A stretch of DNA of 64,000 nucleotides from assembly GCA_963717435.1 (NCBI GenBank), contig OY970332.1:832001-896000 (forward strand), in the 5' to 3' direction. Below the pieces are notes generated by a model. The model was given only the letters and a program-made list of their open reading frames with translations, did not search any database and was not told the origin of the DNA. A program made the translations under genes and the position numbers. The DNA is from an uncultured bacterium. Lineage in GTDB: Bacteria; Babelota; Babeliae; Babelales; Babelaceae. Below are positions 41,061-51,446 of the stretch, one piece after another (within the stretch, counting starts at the first letter, position 1; each line of letters starts with the position of its first letter).

Positions 41061-41240
41061 TTTTAACCGTCCCATATTTTATATAGTTTTTATTTCAAAA
41101 CTGCTTTTATGCCGAAAAAATAACTTATATATAATTTTAATTAAAATAACGAGATATTACAAATGGTGGAGGTTATAGGGAGCTTATTTACAGGTTTAAC
41201 CTGTATTTTGGTTTTTTATGGGGGGGGTGGCGATAATAAT

Positions 41241-41262
41241 CGGGCCCCGTGATTGGGGCCCG
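41241..41262. terminator. Hairpin/terminator downstream of uvrA
   Basis: CGGGCCCC-gtgatt-GGGGCCCG. Confidence 0.6.
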
Positions 41263-41281
41263 AATTGGTATTTTTTGCTAT

Positions 41282-43873
41282 TTAATCAGCTTTAAGCACT
41301 TTTTTAAGATATTGACCCGTGTAAGACTTAGGGTTGGCCGCAACCTGGGCCGGGGTCCCTTGGGCAACAATCTGACCGCCTTCGTCGCCACCTTCTGGCC
41401 CCATATCGATAATATAATCCATGGTTTTAAGCACATCGATATTATGCTCAATTACGATAATTGAATTGCCTTTATCCACCAGTTTTGTAGTACATCCAGA
41501 AGCTTTTCTATATCACTTGAATGAAGACCCTGTTGTTGGCTCATCCAAGATATATAGGGTATTTTGTGCCTCGTTTTGCAAGCTCATTAACAAGCTTAAT
41601 ACGTTGGGCTTCGCCCCCTGATAGAGTAGTAGATGGCTGGCCAAGCTTAATATAATCAAGCCCAACATCGCACAAAAGCTTAAGTTTTTTATGTAAAGCA
41701 GGATGTGCACTGAAAAACTTCGAGGCTTCACCCGCTGTCATATCAAGAATTTGAGAATATATTTTTATCTTTATAAGTAATTTCTAATGTTTGCGTATTG
41801 TAACGCTGTCCTTTACATACGATGCAGATCATAGTTACATCCGCTAAAAATGCATAGAGACAGTAACTATCCCATCCCCGAGCAATTCGAGCAGCGACCT
41901 TCAGCAACATTAAAGCTAAATCGGCCAACATAATAGCCACGAATATTACTTTCAGGCAAGCTTGCAAAAAGTCTCGTATTTCATCAAAGATACCAAGATA
42001 AGTTGCCGGAGTTGATCGTGATGTTCTTCCTATAGGAGCTTGATCGATAACAACCAAATTTTCAATGCTTGCAAATCCTTCAATTTTCATCTTTCCTTCA
42101 AAAATAGAGGTCATCCATTTGGTAACTTGTGTAACCGCTTTTCAAAAGCATGATCACATGCGCTGGAACTAATTCTTGCATAATTAAATGTACTTTTGCC
42201 AGATCCTGAAACTCCCGAAATCCCGCAAAATAAACCTAAGAGGAAATTTGATGTAATGTTTTTTAAGTTATGAGTGAGCATCACTTAATGTAATGAACTC
42301 TTTGGGCTGCGTAAATTAGCAGTGGAACAATAGAACGTTTACCACTTAAATATGCTCCAGTTAACGAATTTGCATTTTTAGCTATCTCTTGCCGGTGTCC
42401 CGAATGCAACGACATTACCACCAAATACGCCTGCACGTGGACCCATATCGATAATATAGTCAGAACAAGCATCGTATCAGTATCATGTTCAACAACCAAA
42501 ACGGTATTACCCAGATCCCTTAATTTATAAAATGTTTTAATAAGTCTATCGTTGTCGCGTTGGTGTAACCCAATACTAGGTTCGTCTAATATATATAAAA
42601 CACCACGAAGAGCATGACCCGATCTGTGTTGCTAACCTTATTCGTTGACCTTCACCACCAGAAATGGATGCATGATCTAGTCAGTGACAAGATATCCAAG
42701 CCCTACATCATATAAAAAATACAATCGGATATTAATCTCTTGAAATTAATCTTTCGAGATAAAACATGCTTATTTTTATCAAGCTTTAAATCTTTTAAAA
42801 ATTTAAATAAATCTTTAATCGAAAGCTGGCCGTAGTCATAAATGTTTTTACTATTAATTTTGACTGATAATGCAGCTTTATTAAGTCTTTTGCCATCGCA
42901 ATCCTTGCAGATAAAAATAGACTCTTGTGAATCTTCAAGTTTTTCAAGTTCATAGCTCTGTGGCGCCGGAAAGACTTAGATGTAAAATAGTAAACAACGC
43001 CAACCCATGACATATTTCGCATGCTCCGATAGGAGAGTTAAAAGAAAATAATCTTGGCTCAATTTCAGCAAAAGGGCTAGCGCACTCTTAAGCAGATTCG
43101 TTTAGAAGCATACAAGTATTCAGATCTCGCCAACAATAACCTTGCATAACCCTTGAGTAAAGAAAAAGACTGCTTTCTACTGAATCCTGTAAACGTGATG
43201 TTTCGGTGCTTATCGTAACTTGACAACATCTAGCAATAAATCAATAGAGTGACTTATGTTTTCTTAAGCTTAAGTGCTTTAATTTCTTCTAATTTTCTAA
43301 AGCTATACTTTTGACCATCAATTACAAATTTATAATAACCAGACTAAAAAGCTTTTCAAGTTCATTGGCAAACTCACCCTTTTTATAATCGCTATAGGTG
43401 CTGCTATTGTAATATAATTACCCATAAAGTTATTTACAAGTAAGCTTGCTATTTTATCAGGAGATTGAGACTAATAGCTATAGCACAATCAGGACAACAA
43501 AGCTCACCAATACGTGCAAAAAGCACTCTTAAATAATCATAAATTTCGGTAATAGTCCCTACTGTAGATCTTGGATTAGCTCCAACCGTTTTTTGATCAA
43601 TAGCAATAGAGGGCAAAGCCTTCAATACTGGTCAAAATCTGGCTTTTTAGGCGACCCTAAAAATTGACGCGCATAAGATGAAAGAGATTCGATATATCTT
43701 CGCTTTCCTTCAGTGTATAAGATATCAAGCGCTAAGTGAACTTTTACCCGAACCTGATAGGCCCTGTAATAACCATAATGCATCTTTTGGGATATCAATA
43801 TTAATATTTTTAAGATTATGCTCCCGCGCCCCAATAACCTTAATTAATTGTTTTTATTATTTTTAGTATCCAT
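41282..43873 (-). pseudogene. uvrA: Excinuclease ABC subunit A, multiply frameshifted (pseudogene or local sequence error)
   Basis: Collinear motifs in shifting frames: [104 protein letters not shown]. Confidence 0.9.
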
Positions 43874-44068
43874 ATGGGATCTCGCGTCATTATTTAACTA
43901 TAATAAAAAACTATAATTATACTAATAAATATAAAAAAGCTTTTACAAATCTAAATAAATTTTATAATTCAGTGAGATTTAATCGCATTAATTATAAATA
44001 ATTACTAATGCAAAAATACACTAAAATTTTGATTTTTGTTTTAAAACACGTATACTACTTGATTACGT

Positions 44069-44145
44069 GGTGGATATAGCTCAGCTGGTAGAGCATCAGA
44101 TTGTGGCTCTGAGGGTCGTGGGTTCGAATCCCACTATTCACCCCA
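44069..44145 (+). tRNA. tRNA-His(GTG)
   Basis: G-1, GTGGATA/TATTCAC stem, TTGTGGC loop, C discriminator, CCA. Confidence 0.96.
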
Positions 44146-44325
44146 AAGTTTAGCTTCTTTGAAAAGCGCAACTAAATTTCCCGCTTTTGGCGCTGTGCCA
44201 TGGCGTGATATTAGAAAAAAGTTGCAATAATGCTCAAAAAGCTTAAAATTATCTCAGCTTTAAAATTCTAGTTTAAAGCTTCTGTCTTTTGAAATAAAAG
44301 CATTTGAAATTCAAAAAATATTAGT

Positions 44326-44401
44326 CGGGGCGTGGCGCAATTGGTAGCGCACTCGCTTTGGGAGCGAGGGGTTGCACGTTCGAGTCGTGTCGCCCCGACC
44401 A
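44326..44401 (+). tRNA. tRNA-Pro(TGG)
   Basis: CGGGGCG/CGCCCCG stem, TTTGGGA loop, CCA. Confidence 0.96.
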
Positions 44402-44468
44402 CGCCTTCAGGCTTGGCAGGCTACGCCCGGCGCGGCCATACTACGCTAAAGCTTCGTATGGCAGGCCA
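44399..44468 (+). repeat. Two tandem CCA-bounded trailer units behind tRNA-Pro
   Basis: CCA-CGCCTTCAGGCTTGGCAGGCTACGCCCGGCGCGG-CCA-TACTACGCTAAAGCTTCGTATGGCAGG-CCA. Confidence 0.85.
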
Positions 44469-44665
44469 GTTCTTCGTAGTTCTCAGACGTAATAGCAGGC
44501 TACTGCTTTAAAATCTACCCACTAATTCACTTTATAAATCTTAGTTTCTACAGAAAATCTTCAAAAAATCAGTCCAAATAATTTTTTTCTAAACTATAAT
44601 TAAGTTTTTGATATAATCATAAAAACCTATATAAATAAGCTTTTTTTTAATTAAGAGGTCACTCC

Positions 44666-45535
44666 GTGGGTTATCTTAAAAAATCGATTCTGTTGTCTGT
44701 TGCGCTAGCAACGCAAATTGTCATTTGTATGGAAAGTGAAAGTCCCGCAAAAAGACAAAAAACAAATAAAATAAAAATAAATATCCCACAAAGTGAAGCT
44801 GAACGGGAACGGATCAGGCTCGAATTGGCAAAGAAAGAAGCTGAAGAAAAGCGACTGATCGAAAAACTGCAGAAGCTGAAATTTGAAGAAATAAAAGAAT
44901 GGACCGAAACTGCGCGGTTTGCAGGATGCGTGGTTGCATATGAAACGGATATTGAAAAATCTGAATTGGTTAAAAGCCATTTCCACGGTACCAAATATGC
45001 TTTGATTCTTCAGGACAAAATTGAATGTCAACTATGCCATCAGAATGGTTATCAACTGCATTTTCTTTATAAAAGCAGAGATAATAAAATAACTATTGTT
45101 GTTTGTGATGATAAACTTAAGAATCAGAAAAAATATTTTAAGATACGTTTATTAACTCTTGAAGAAGTTCAGAAACTATTGGAAATGGCAAAAACGAACA
45201 GTTATATATTCGGTCATATGTCCGCAACAGCTACAAAAGATTTGCTTGCAAGAGAGTTAAAATTAAAAAATTTGTTGCCAGAATCAAAGCGAAAATATCT
45301 GTATAATATATTAGAATCAGTGCGTTTATTATGGATTGGCTTTTACAAAGATACAGACAAAAATGGTAAAAAAACTGAAATTTCTGATTTTCATGAATCT
45401 CGAATGCCAAAAGACATGGTTATCCTAATTATTAAGTTTTTGGTGAATATGGAGGCCGAGAGCTCAGAGTATGACTCATTTACAGTAGATTTAGAAAAAA
45501 GAACAATTTTGAGTTATCGTAAAAAAATAAATTAA
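44666..45535 (+). CDS. Secreted hypothetical protein, candidate effector
   Basis: GAGG RBS, GTG start, signal peptide, PAKRQK, C-terminal MPKDMVILIIKFL. Confidence 0.75.
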   Translation: MGYLKKSILLSVALATQIVICMESESPAKRQKTNKIKINIPQSEAERERIRLELAKKEAEEKRLIEKLQKLKFEEIKEWTETARFAGCVVAYETDIEKSELVKSHFHGTKYALILQDKIECQLCHQNGYQLHFLYKSRDNKITIVVCDDKLKNQKKYFKIRLLTLEEVQKLLEMAKTNSYIFGHMSATATKDLLARELKLKNLLPESKRKYLYNILESVRLLWIGFYKDTDKNGKKTEISDFHESRMPKDMVILIIKFLVNMEAESSEYDSFTVDLEKRTILSYRKKIN

Positions 45536-45560
45536 ATAATAAAATTCAGGATAAACTTCA

Positions 45561-46550
45561 ATGACACCGATCATAGAAATAACTAATCTAAAAAAGATTT
45601 TTGGTAATGAAAAATCTGCTGTTGTTGCCGTAGATTCGTTAAATCTCGTTGTAAACACAGGCGAGATATTTGGGTTTTTAGGACCGAATGGTGCCGGCAA
45701 AACAACAACGATGCGAATGCTCACGACATTATTAAGACCAAGTTCAGGTAAAGTTATACTTGCGGGTTATGATTTAACTTCAGATGCTCAAGAAGTGAGA
45801 AAACATATAGGTTATGTGAGCCAATCAGGTGGGCTTGAGCGTAATGCAACTGCAAGAGAAAATTTGATTTTGCAGGGCAGGATTTTTGGGCTGACAAAGC
45901 AAGAGGCTCAAGAGAGAGCAGAAGAGTTAATAACAAGTTTGGGACTTGAAAGCTTTGCAGACAGGATAGTCGAAACATATTCTGGTGGACAAAAACGTAG
46001 AGCCGATATTGCACTTGGGATGGTTAATAAACCAAAGATTTTGTTTCTTGATGAACCAACTATCGGGTTAGATCCACAAAGTAGGGCGCAGGTCTGGCAA
46101 GAAATGCGAAATTTAAGATCTTTAGGAACAACAATATTTTTCACGACCCATTATTTAGATGAAGCAGATCTTTTGTGCGACAGAATTGCTATAGTCGATC
46201 ATGGCAAAGTTATTGCGTTGGATACGCCTGATGCATTAAAGAAAAGCATACAAAGTGATACAATAGTTTTAGGGTTTCCTGAATATGCAGAATCGATAGA
46301 AAATAAAAAAGAAACCGAAAAAATATTTTCTGAAATTAAAGAGATTCAAGAAATAAGAAAAGAAAAAAATAATTTTAGACTAATGGTTAGTAATGGCGAA
46401 GCTATTCTTCCACAAATTTTAAGAATATGTGATAAGGCTGGAATATCGATTTCAACAATATCAATGCATAGGCCAACACTTGACGATGTGTTCTTAAGAA
46501 AAACTGGCAGATCTCTTCAACAACAAGAACAAACTCAAGAAGAAAAATAA
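45561..46550 (+). CDS. ABC-2 exporter ATP-binding subunit (DrrA-like)
   Basis: GPNGAGKTT, YSGGQKRR, LFLDEPT, TTHYLDEA, PTLDDVFL. Confidence 0.93.
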   Translation: MTPIIEITNLKKIFGNEKSAVVAVDSLNLVVNTGEIFGFLGPNGAGKTTTMRMLTTLLRPSSGKVILAGYDLTSDAQEVRKHIGYVSQSGGLERNATARENLILQGRIFGLTKQEAQERAEELITSLGLESFADRIVETYSGGQKRRADIALGMVNKPKILFLDEPTIGLDPQSRAQVWQEMRNLRSLGTTIFFTTHYLDEADLLCDRIAIVDHGKVIALDTPDALKKSIQSDTIVLGFPEYAESIENKKETEKIFSEIKEIQEIRKEKNNFRLMVSNGEAILPQILRICDKAGISISTISMHRPTLDDVFLRKTGRSLQQQEQTQEEK

Positions 46551-46584
46551 TAAATAAATATTTAAAACTAATTTGAGAAATACT

Positions 46585-47346
46585 ATGAAATTTTTACACG
46601 ATACTTGGCTCATGTTTTCAAGATGCGTTAGAATCACACTGCGCAATCCAGTTTGGATCATATTCGGCCTATTTCAACCACTTTGCTTTTTGCTTTTATT
46701 TGCACCGTTACTTGAAAAGATTTCTGGTAATCCTGCATTTGGAACTGGAAATTCACTTACAGTATTCACGCCCGGCTTATTAATCATGATCGCGCTTTAT
46801 AGCACCGCATTTGTTGGCTTTTCATTAATCGATGACATAAGATCTGGTGTTATTGAAAGATTCCGCGTAACGCCAATAAACAGAGTTGCGTTACTTTTGG
46901 GACGTACACTTAGAGATTTGTTGGTACTTTCAGTTCAGTCTACATTTTTGATACTGCTTGCAAAATTTCTTGGCCTGACAGCTGCAATACCAGGCGTTTT
47001 GCTGACCTATCTACTTGTTCTTTTGGTCGGCTTTGCAACTTCAATATTTTCTTACAGCATAGCCATGATATTAAAAAGCGAAGATGCACTGGCGCCGTTT
47101 TTAAATTTTTTCTTGTTGCCATTGCAACTTCTTGCAGGTATCACTTTGCCATTAACACTTGCGCCCCAATGGCTGCAAAATATAGCTTTCTTTAACCCAC
47201 TTTCGCACGCGGTTAGCGCGGCAAGAGCACTTTTTAACGGCTTGTATTTTGACAGCGCTGTTTTTTACGGCTTTGCAAGTATGATCTTGATAGCTACTAT
47301 AGCTTTCTATTTTGGATCCAATCTGTTTAAAAAAGTCGCAGATTAG
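46585..47346 (+). CDS. ABC-2 exporter permease (DrrB-like)
   Basis: Six TMs, GLFQP, ERFRVTP, NPLSH; follows ATPase. Confidence 0.92.
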   Translation: MKFLHDTWLMFSRCVRITLRNPVWIIFGLFQPLCFLLLFAPLLEKISGNPAFGTGNSLTVFTPGLLIMIALYSTAFVGFSLIDDIRSGVIERFRVTPINRVALLLGRTLRDLLVLSVQSTFLILLAKFLGLTAAIPGVLLTYLLVLLVGFATSIFSYSIAMILKSEDALAPFLNFFLLPLQLLAGITLPLTLAPQWLQNIAFFNPLSHAVSAARALFNGLYFDSAVFYGFASMILIATIAFYFGSNLFKKVAD

Positions 47347-47381
47347 TTGAAATTTAAAAACAAAATTATCTAAATTATTAT

Positions 47382-47408
47382 TAAGCCCGCAATTAAACTG
47401 CGGGCTTA
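47382..47408. terminator. Hairpin/terminator after ABC pair
   Basis: TAAGCCCGCA-attaaac-TGCGGGCTTA. Confidence 0.65.
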
Positions 47409-47443
47409 TGTTTTTATTATTATTATTATTTTGGGGATTAGTT

Positions 47444-47932
47444 ATGAAATTAAAAAAGTTATTATTTTTACTTTTTATTTTGTGCACTTTTAACTTAAAC
47501 TGCATGGAAGATTTAGATTTAATGGAGGGTTGCGAAACATGTGTTGCTAAAATTTTAATTAAAAAACATAAAGACTCGTTTCCTTATCCAGAATATTTTT
47601 TACCCAAGCTTTTGGAAAAAATGCTGCTAATAAGCGACGCATCTGATTATATCTATATTATCAAAATGCTTGGCGATAAAAATGATCCAAATTCGCTTTA
47701 TAGAAAATTTTTGTCTTTTATGTGGGACACTCAATTTGGAATATCTTCAAAAGAGTGGGTCAAAGATAAAACCATTGAAGAATCTACAGGTTTAATTAAT
47801 TTTTATACTCTGTTAAAAAAATTAGAACCGGATCATGTCCCAGTTGGTTATTATAATTTGGCAAAAGAGTTGGAATATCCTATAGATTTTGCTAATTGTT
47901 ATAATCAGCTACAGAAGTTAAAATCTGAATGA
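47444..47932 (+). CDS. Secreted hypothetical protein
   Basis: MKLKK signal peptide then MEDL. Confidence 0.7.
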   Translation: MKLKKLLFLLFILCTFNLNCMEDLDLMEGCETCVAKILIKKHKDSFPYPEYFLPKLLEKMLLISDASDYIYIIKMLGDKNDPNSLYRKFLSFMWDTQFGISSKEWVKDKTIEESTGLINFYTLLKKLEPDHVPVGYYNLAKELEYPIDFANCYNQLQKLKSE

Positions 47933-48084
47933 AGCATACTACTAAATTTTGCGGGCTTTTTTGTGTCTAAAAAAATAACTCTTGAATCCTAAAAAAATTA
48001 TATTTTAGTCTGTGTCTTAGCAAGCACAGTATTACTAATTTTAATCTTATTAAATTGTAAAAAATTTTAATTTGTGAGGGTGTC

Positions 48085-48960
48085 GTGAGAAAATTATTAA
48101 ATAAACTGTTTATTTGTCTTGTTTTATTGTCACACGAAGTTTCTGTAATCTCTTTTTCGATTCTTAAATCTCAGGCTGAGCAGCAAGAAGATGCGAAAAA
48201 ATGGGCAGATAAGTATTTGTCGGATGCTTCTGGGAGCGACTTGCAGATGGTGGCAAATCTTTTGTATTGGTCATACAAGCGTTCGGAAATAAATTTAAGG
48301 GTTCAAAGTTTTGCTTCAGAAAATCTTGAAACTATGTTTAAGTGTTGGCAAAATATCGCAGCAACAAGATTAAATCCGTCAAAATCTTCTCCAAATAGTT
48401 TACGAGCAGGGGATATAAAAAAAAGTAACGAGCTATTTTTAGAGTCTTATGTTCAATACAAAAATATTTGTGAATCTTATGCCAGTTGCGTCGAAACTGT
48501 AGTAAAAAAATCTGTTTTTGAAAACAAACTTGTAAAAGATGGCATTGTTGAACTTCGTCACGATGCGCGGTGGGTTATGGCAAAAGCACTTTTATCAGCA
48601 GGATTTATCGTAAGAACAGTCAATTTGTTGCAGCAAACAGATAAAATAGATACCAAAATTTGTAGAACGCATAAACTTCCAAATTGGTTAATGTCTCCAT
48701 TTGATTTAAGTATCAAGACTTTTGTTCAACTTGATTCAGAATACAACAGCGCCGTTACGTCTGCCCAAGATGCGCTATTAAGAGCACAAAATGGTAGTAA
48801 CATAGTTTGGAAGTCGATAGAGACTTCAAGATCTGAATTTTATAAAGAATATTATAAAGTTGTTATAGATTTCATGAGACGCAAGAATTTTAAGCAGTCA
48901 AATTTTAATATTTTGTTTTCTTGTGAAAATTGCGCTTCTAAACTACCTGATAAATTATGA
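48085..48960 (+). CDS. Secreted helical hypothetical protein
   Basis: GAGG RBS, GTG start; ATGA overlap with next gene. Confidence 0.75.
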   Translation: MRKLLNKLFICLVLLSHEVSVISFSILKSQAEQQEDAKKWADKYLSDASGSDLQMVANLLYWSYKRSEINLRVQSFASENLETMFKCWQNIAATRLNPSKSSPNSLRAGDIKKSNELFLESYVQYKNICESYASCVETVVKKSVFENKLVKDGIVELRHDARWVMAKALLSAGFIVRTVNLLQQTDKIDTKICRTHKLPNWLMSPFDLSIKTFVQLDSEYNSAVTSAQDALLRAQNGSNIVWKSIETSRSEFYKEYYKVVIDFMRRKNFKQSNFNILFSCENCASKLPDKL

Positions 48961-50663
48961 TAAAAAAAATAATTATTATAAGAGCTATTTTCTTAACTGT
49001 TTTATTTAACACTTGCTTAATTTCCCAAGAACAAAATTTGGGTTGGGCAGAGAGACTTTTGTCCAAGCTTACTTTGAGAGAAAAAATAGGGCAGTTATTT
49101 GTTGTTGCGGCAACTTCAAGCTCTGAAATTTTGCAAGAAAAGCTTGCAACAGGCGCTTGGGTTAACCCATATAATCTTGATCAAGATTACATAAAAAATT
49201 TAATTAGCGACTATAAAATTGGCGGATTAATTTACTTATATGGCAACACTCCAGAAAAACAGCTTAAATCTATTAGAGATTATAATAGTTTAAGCGATAT
49301 ACCGTTATTAATAACTCAAGATTGTGAATGGGGAATTAATATGCGCCATAAAGAAGCAATTAACTTCCCACGCAATTTAACTTTGGGTGCGATACAAGAT
49401 AAAAATAAAATTTACGAGCTTGGGAAAGAAATAGCTCGTCAATGTAAGTTGGTTGGCGTGCACATGAATTTTAGTCCGGTAATAGATTGCAATAATAATA
49501 AAAATAACGTTGTGATACATGACAGATCTTTTGGGGACGATCCAGATTTAGTTGCGGAATATGGCACTTTAATGTCGAATGGCTTACAAGATGGAGGCGT
49601 GCTTGCTTGTGCCAAGCATTTTCCTGGGCACGGAGATACCAGCACAGATTCCCATTTAGATTTGCCTGTAATAAATCATGATTTAAATAGACTTGAAAAT
49701 TTAGAGCTTGTCCCATTTAAAAAATTAATAGATTCTGGTGTGTCTTCTATCATGCTTGCCCACATGAGTGTGCCAGAATTAGATAATAAAAATATTGTAA
49801 CTTTTTCCCATAAAATAGTTACAGAATTTTTGGAAAAAAAACTAAAATTTGCTGGGCTTAAAATCACAGACGCGCTTGGAATGGGCGCGCTGACAAATTA
49901 TTATGAGCCCGGCGAAATTGAGCTTAAAGCCTATCTTGCCGGATTTGATATTTTGCTTTGTCCGCTTGATGTCCCCAAGTCTATAGATTTAATTGAACAG
50001 GCTATTTTGTCTGGTCGGGCTAGCGAGGCTGATCTTGATAGAAGGGTGATGAAGATTTTGAAAATTAAAGAGCTTGCGATAAAACCGCTTGATCCCTCGA
50101 TACATTCTACTTCGCCAAGGCTTCGTAGAACACTCCCAGGCTTCGTGCAAGACTTCGCCGGGCGCGGCGGGACGAGCGGGGACGAAATTAGTCCAGAAAA
50201 GCTGTTACAAGAAATTAATTCTGATTATGCAAAAAATCTTAAAGCCAGTTTATATCAAGAAGCTGTAACGATATTAAAAGATACTAATAATATTTTGCCA
50301 ATTCATACAGAGCTAGAAAATTTTCCTGATCCAAAATTTTGGGACGTTCTCCATAGGGATTTAGTTGAAGAGCTGTGGGTCTATGAAGATTGCTACGTTG
50401 CCGCTATTACTAACATTAGTAAATTTGCCGACAAAAATTTTAATATTTCGGCTGAGATTATTGAAAACTTAAAAAGTCTAAAAAGTAGCTCTGATAAAAA
50501 ACTTATAGTAACACTTTACGGCACGCCCTATTGCGCCAATCTTTTTGATTTTGCAGATGTAATTATAGTTGCTTACGAAAATGATCCCGACGCCAAACTC
50601 GCTGTTGAAAAAATATTATCGGGAGAGTGCAAAGCAACGGGCAAACTGCCAGTTAAAATTTAA
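48957..50663 (+). CDS. GH3 beta-N-acetylhexosaminidase with in-frame palindromic insertion
   Basis: LTLREKIGQL, DCEWG, KHFPGHGDTSTDSH, ITDALGM, GKLPV. Confidence 0.92.
   Translation: MIKKIIIIRAIFLTVLFNTCLISQEQNLGWAERLLSKLTLREKIGQLFVVAATSSSEILQEKLATGAWVNPYNLDQDYIKNLISDYKIGGLIYLYGNTPEKQLKSIRDYNSLSDIPLLITQDCEWGINMRHKEAINFPRNLTLGAIQDKNKIYELGKEIARQCKLVGVHMNFSPVIDCNNNKNNVVIHDRSFGDDPDLVAEYGTLMSNGLQDGGVLACAKHFPGHGDTSTDSHLDLPVINHDLNRLENLELVPFKKLIDSGVSSIMLAHMSVPELDNKNIVTFSHKIVTEFLEKKLKFAGLKITDALGMGALTNYYEPGEIELKAYLAGFDILLCPLDVPKSIDLIEQAILSGRASEADLDRRVMKILKIKELAIKPLDPSIHSTSPRLRRTLPGFVQDFAGRGGTSGDEISPEKLLQEINSDYAKNLKASLYQEAVTILKDTNNILPIHTELENFPDPKFWDVLHRDLVEELWVYEDCYVAAITNISKFADKNFNISAEIIENLKSLKSSSDKKLIVTLYGTPYCANLFDFADVIIVAYENDPDAKLAVEKILSGECKATGKLPVKI
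50091..50181 (+). repeat. Palindromic element A with nested 33 bp element B, in-frame in GH3 gene
   Basis: GATCCCTCGATACATTCTACTTCGCCAAGGCTTCGTAGAACACTC[CCAGGCTTCGTGCAAGACTTCGCCGGGCGCGGC]GGGACGAGCGGG. Confidence 0.92.
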
Positions 50664-50668
50664 GAATA

Positions 50669-51121
50669 TTACTCAGTTACGCCCAATGTTTTTCTCTCTT
50701 CTTTTGTTGTTTTGATTGGATTGCTATTTGCTTCAAATATTTTTGCAAGATCGCGTTTTACTATCTCAGATTTTGCTGAATTTGATTTTGCAACGTCGAT
50801 TGTTATTTCATATACGGCAGAATTTTTTAGGTTGAGTTTTAATCCGTTTGATTCTAAAAATATAGTTGTCGCAACAACAGCCGTCCTTTTATTAGCGTCG
50901 TAAAAAGGGTGATTCTTGACTAAGTGGTACATTAGCGCAGCGGCCATCTGGTATATATTTTCGTACAAATAACTATCACCAAATGAAACAGATGGCATTT
51001 TGGCAGCAGATTCTAAGAGCCCAGAATTTATTATTCCCGTCTTGCCGCCAGAATCAGCTATTTGTGAATCGTGAATGCTTATTAATTCTTTCACAGAAAG
51101 AAAATAGACGTCTCTTAACAA
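50669..51121 (-). CDS. Doc/Fic family toxin
   Basis: HPFYDANKRTA Fic/Doc motif, GLLESA. Confidence 0.92.
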   Translation of the reverse strand: MLRDVYFLSVKELISIHDSQIADSGGKTGIINSGLLESAAKMPSVSFGDSYLYENIYQMAAALMYHLVKNHPFYDANKRTAVVATTIFLESNGLKLNLKNSAVYEITIDVAKSNSAKSEIVKRDLAKIFEANSNPIKTTKEERKTLGVTE

Positions 51122-51123
51122 AT

Positions 51124-51390
51124 TTAGCTTTTCGATAATTTTTTCAGAGCTTTAGAATATCGCGTTATTGTGTTTTCAAAAGCAGCTTGAACTTTGGGAT
51201 TGTCACTGATTTTTGGCCCCTTTTTTATTTTGGGCTTTTCTACAGGCGTTATAATTACTGACTCGCCATCAGTTTCTAGTTTTAAGATAGAATTTTTATC
51301 TATATTTAAAGCTTCAAGAACAGCGGCGTCGACGATAACTTTGCCATCTTTGCCCCGCCTAATAAGCTTTCTTTGATATTTTTTTGTCAT
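51124..51390 (-). CDS. AbrB/MazE-like antitoxin for Doc
   Basis: RKLIRRG..VIVDAAVLEALNI; C-terminal RYSKALKKLS; directly upstream of Doc. Confidence 0.8.
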   Translation of the reverse strand: MTKKYQRKLIRRGKDGKVIVDAAVLEALNIDKNSILKLETDGESVIITPVEKPKIKKGPKISDNPKVQAAFENTITRYSKALKKLSKS

Positions 51391-51446
51391 AATTTTACCT
51401 GAGTAATTATTTAATTATTTATAATATTATAATTTATATTTTTATA

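Noticed and set aside
41282-43866. Short ORFs in the uvrA region as separate genes or programmed frameshifting
   Set aside because: They are collinear uvrA fragments or shadows; too many shifts for recoding
30348-51390. MNT-HEPN and AbrB-Doc pairs as a novel defence system
   Set aside because: Standard two-gene toxin-antitoxin modules, not clustered together
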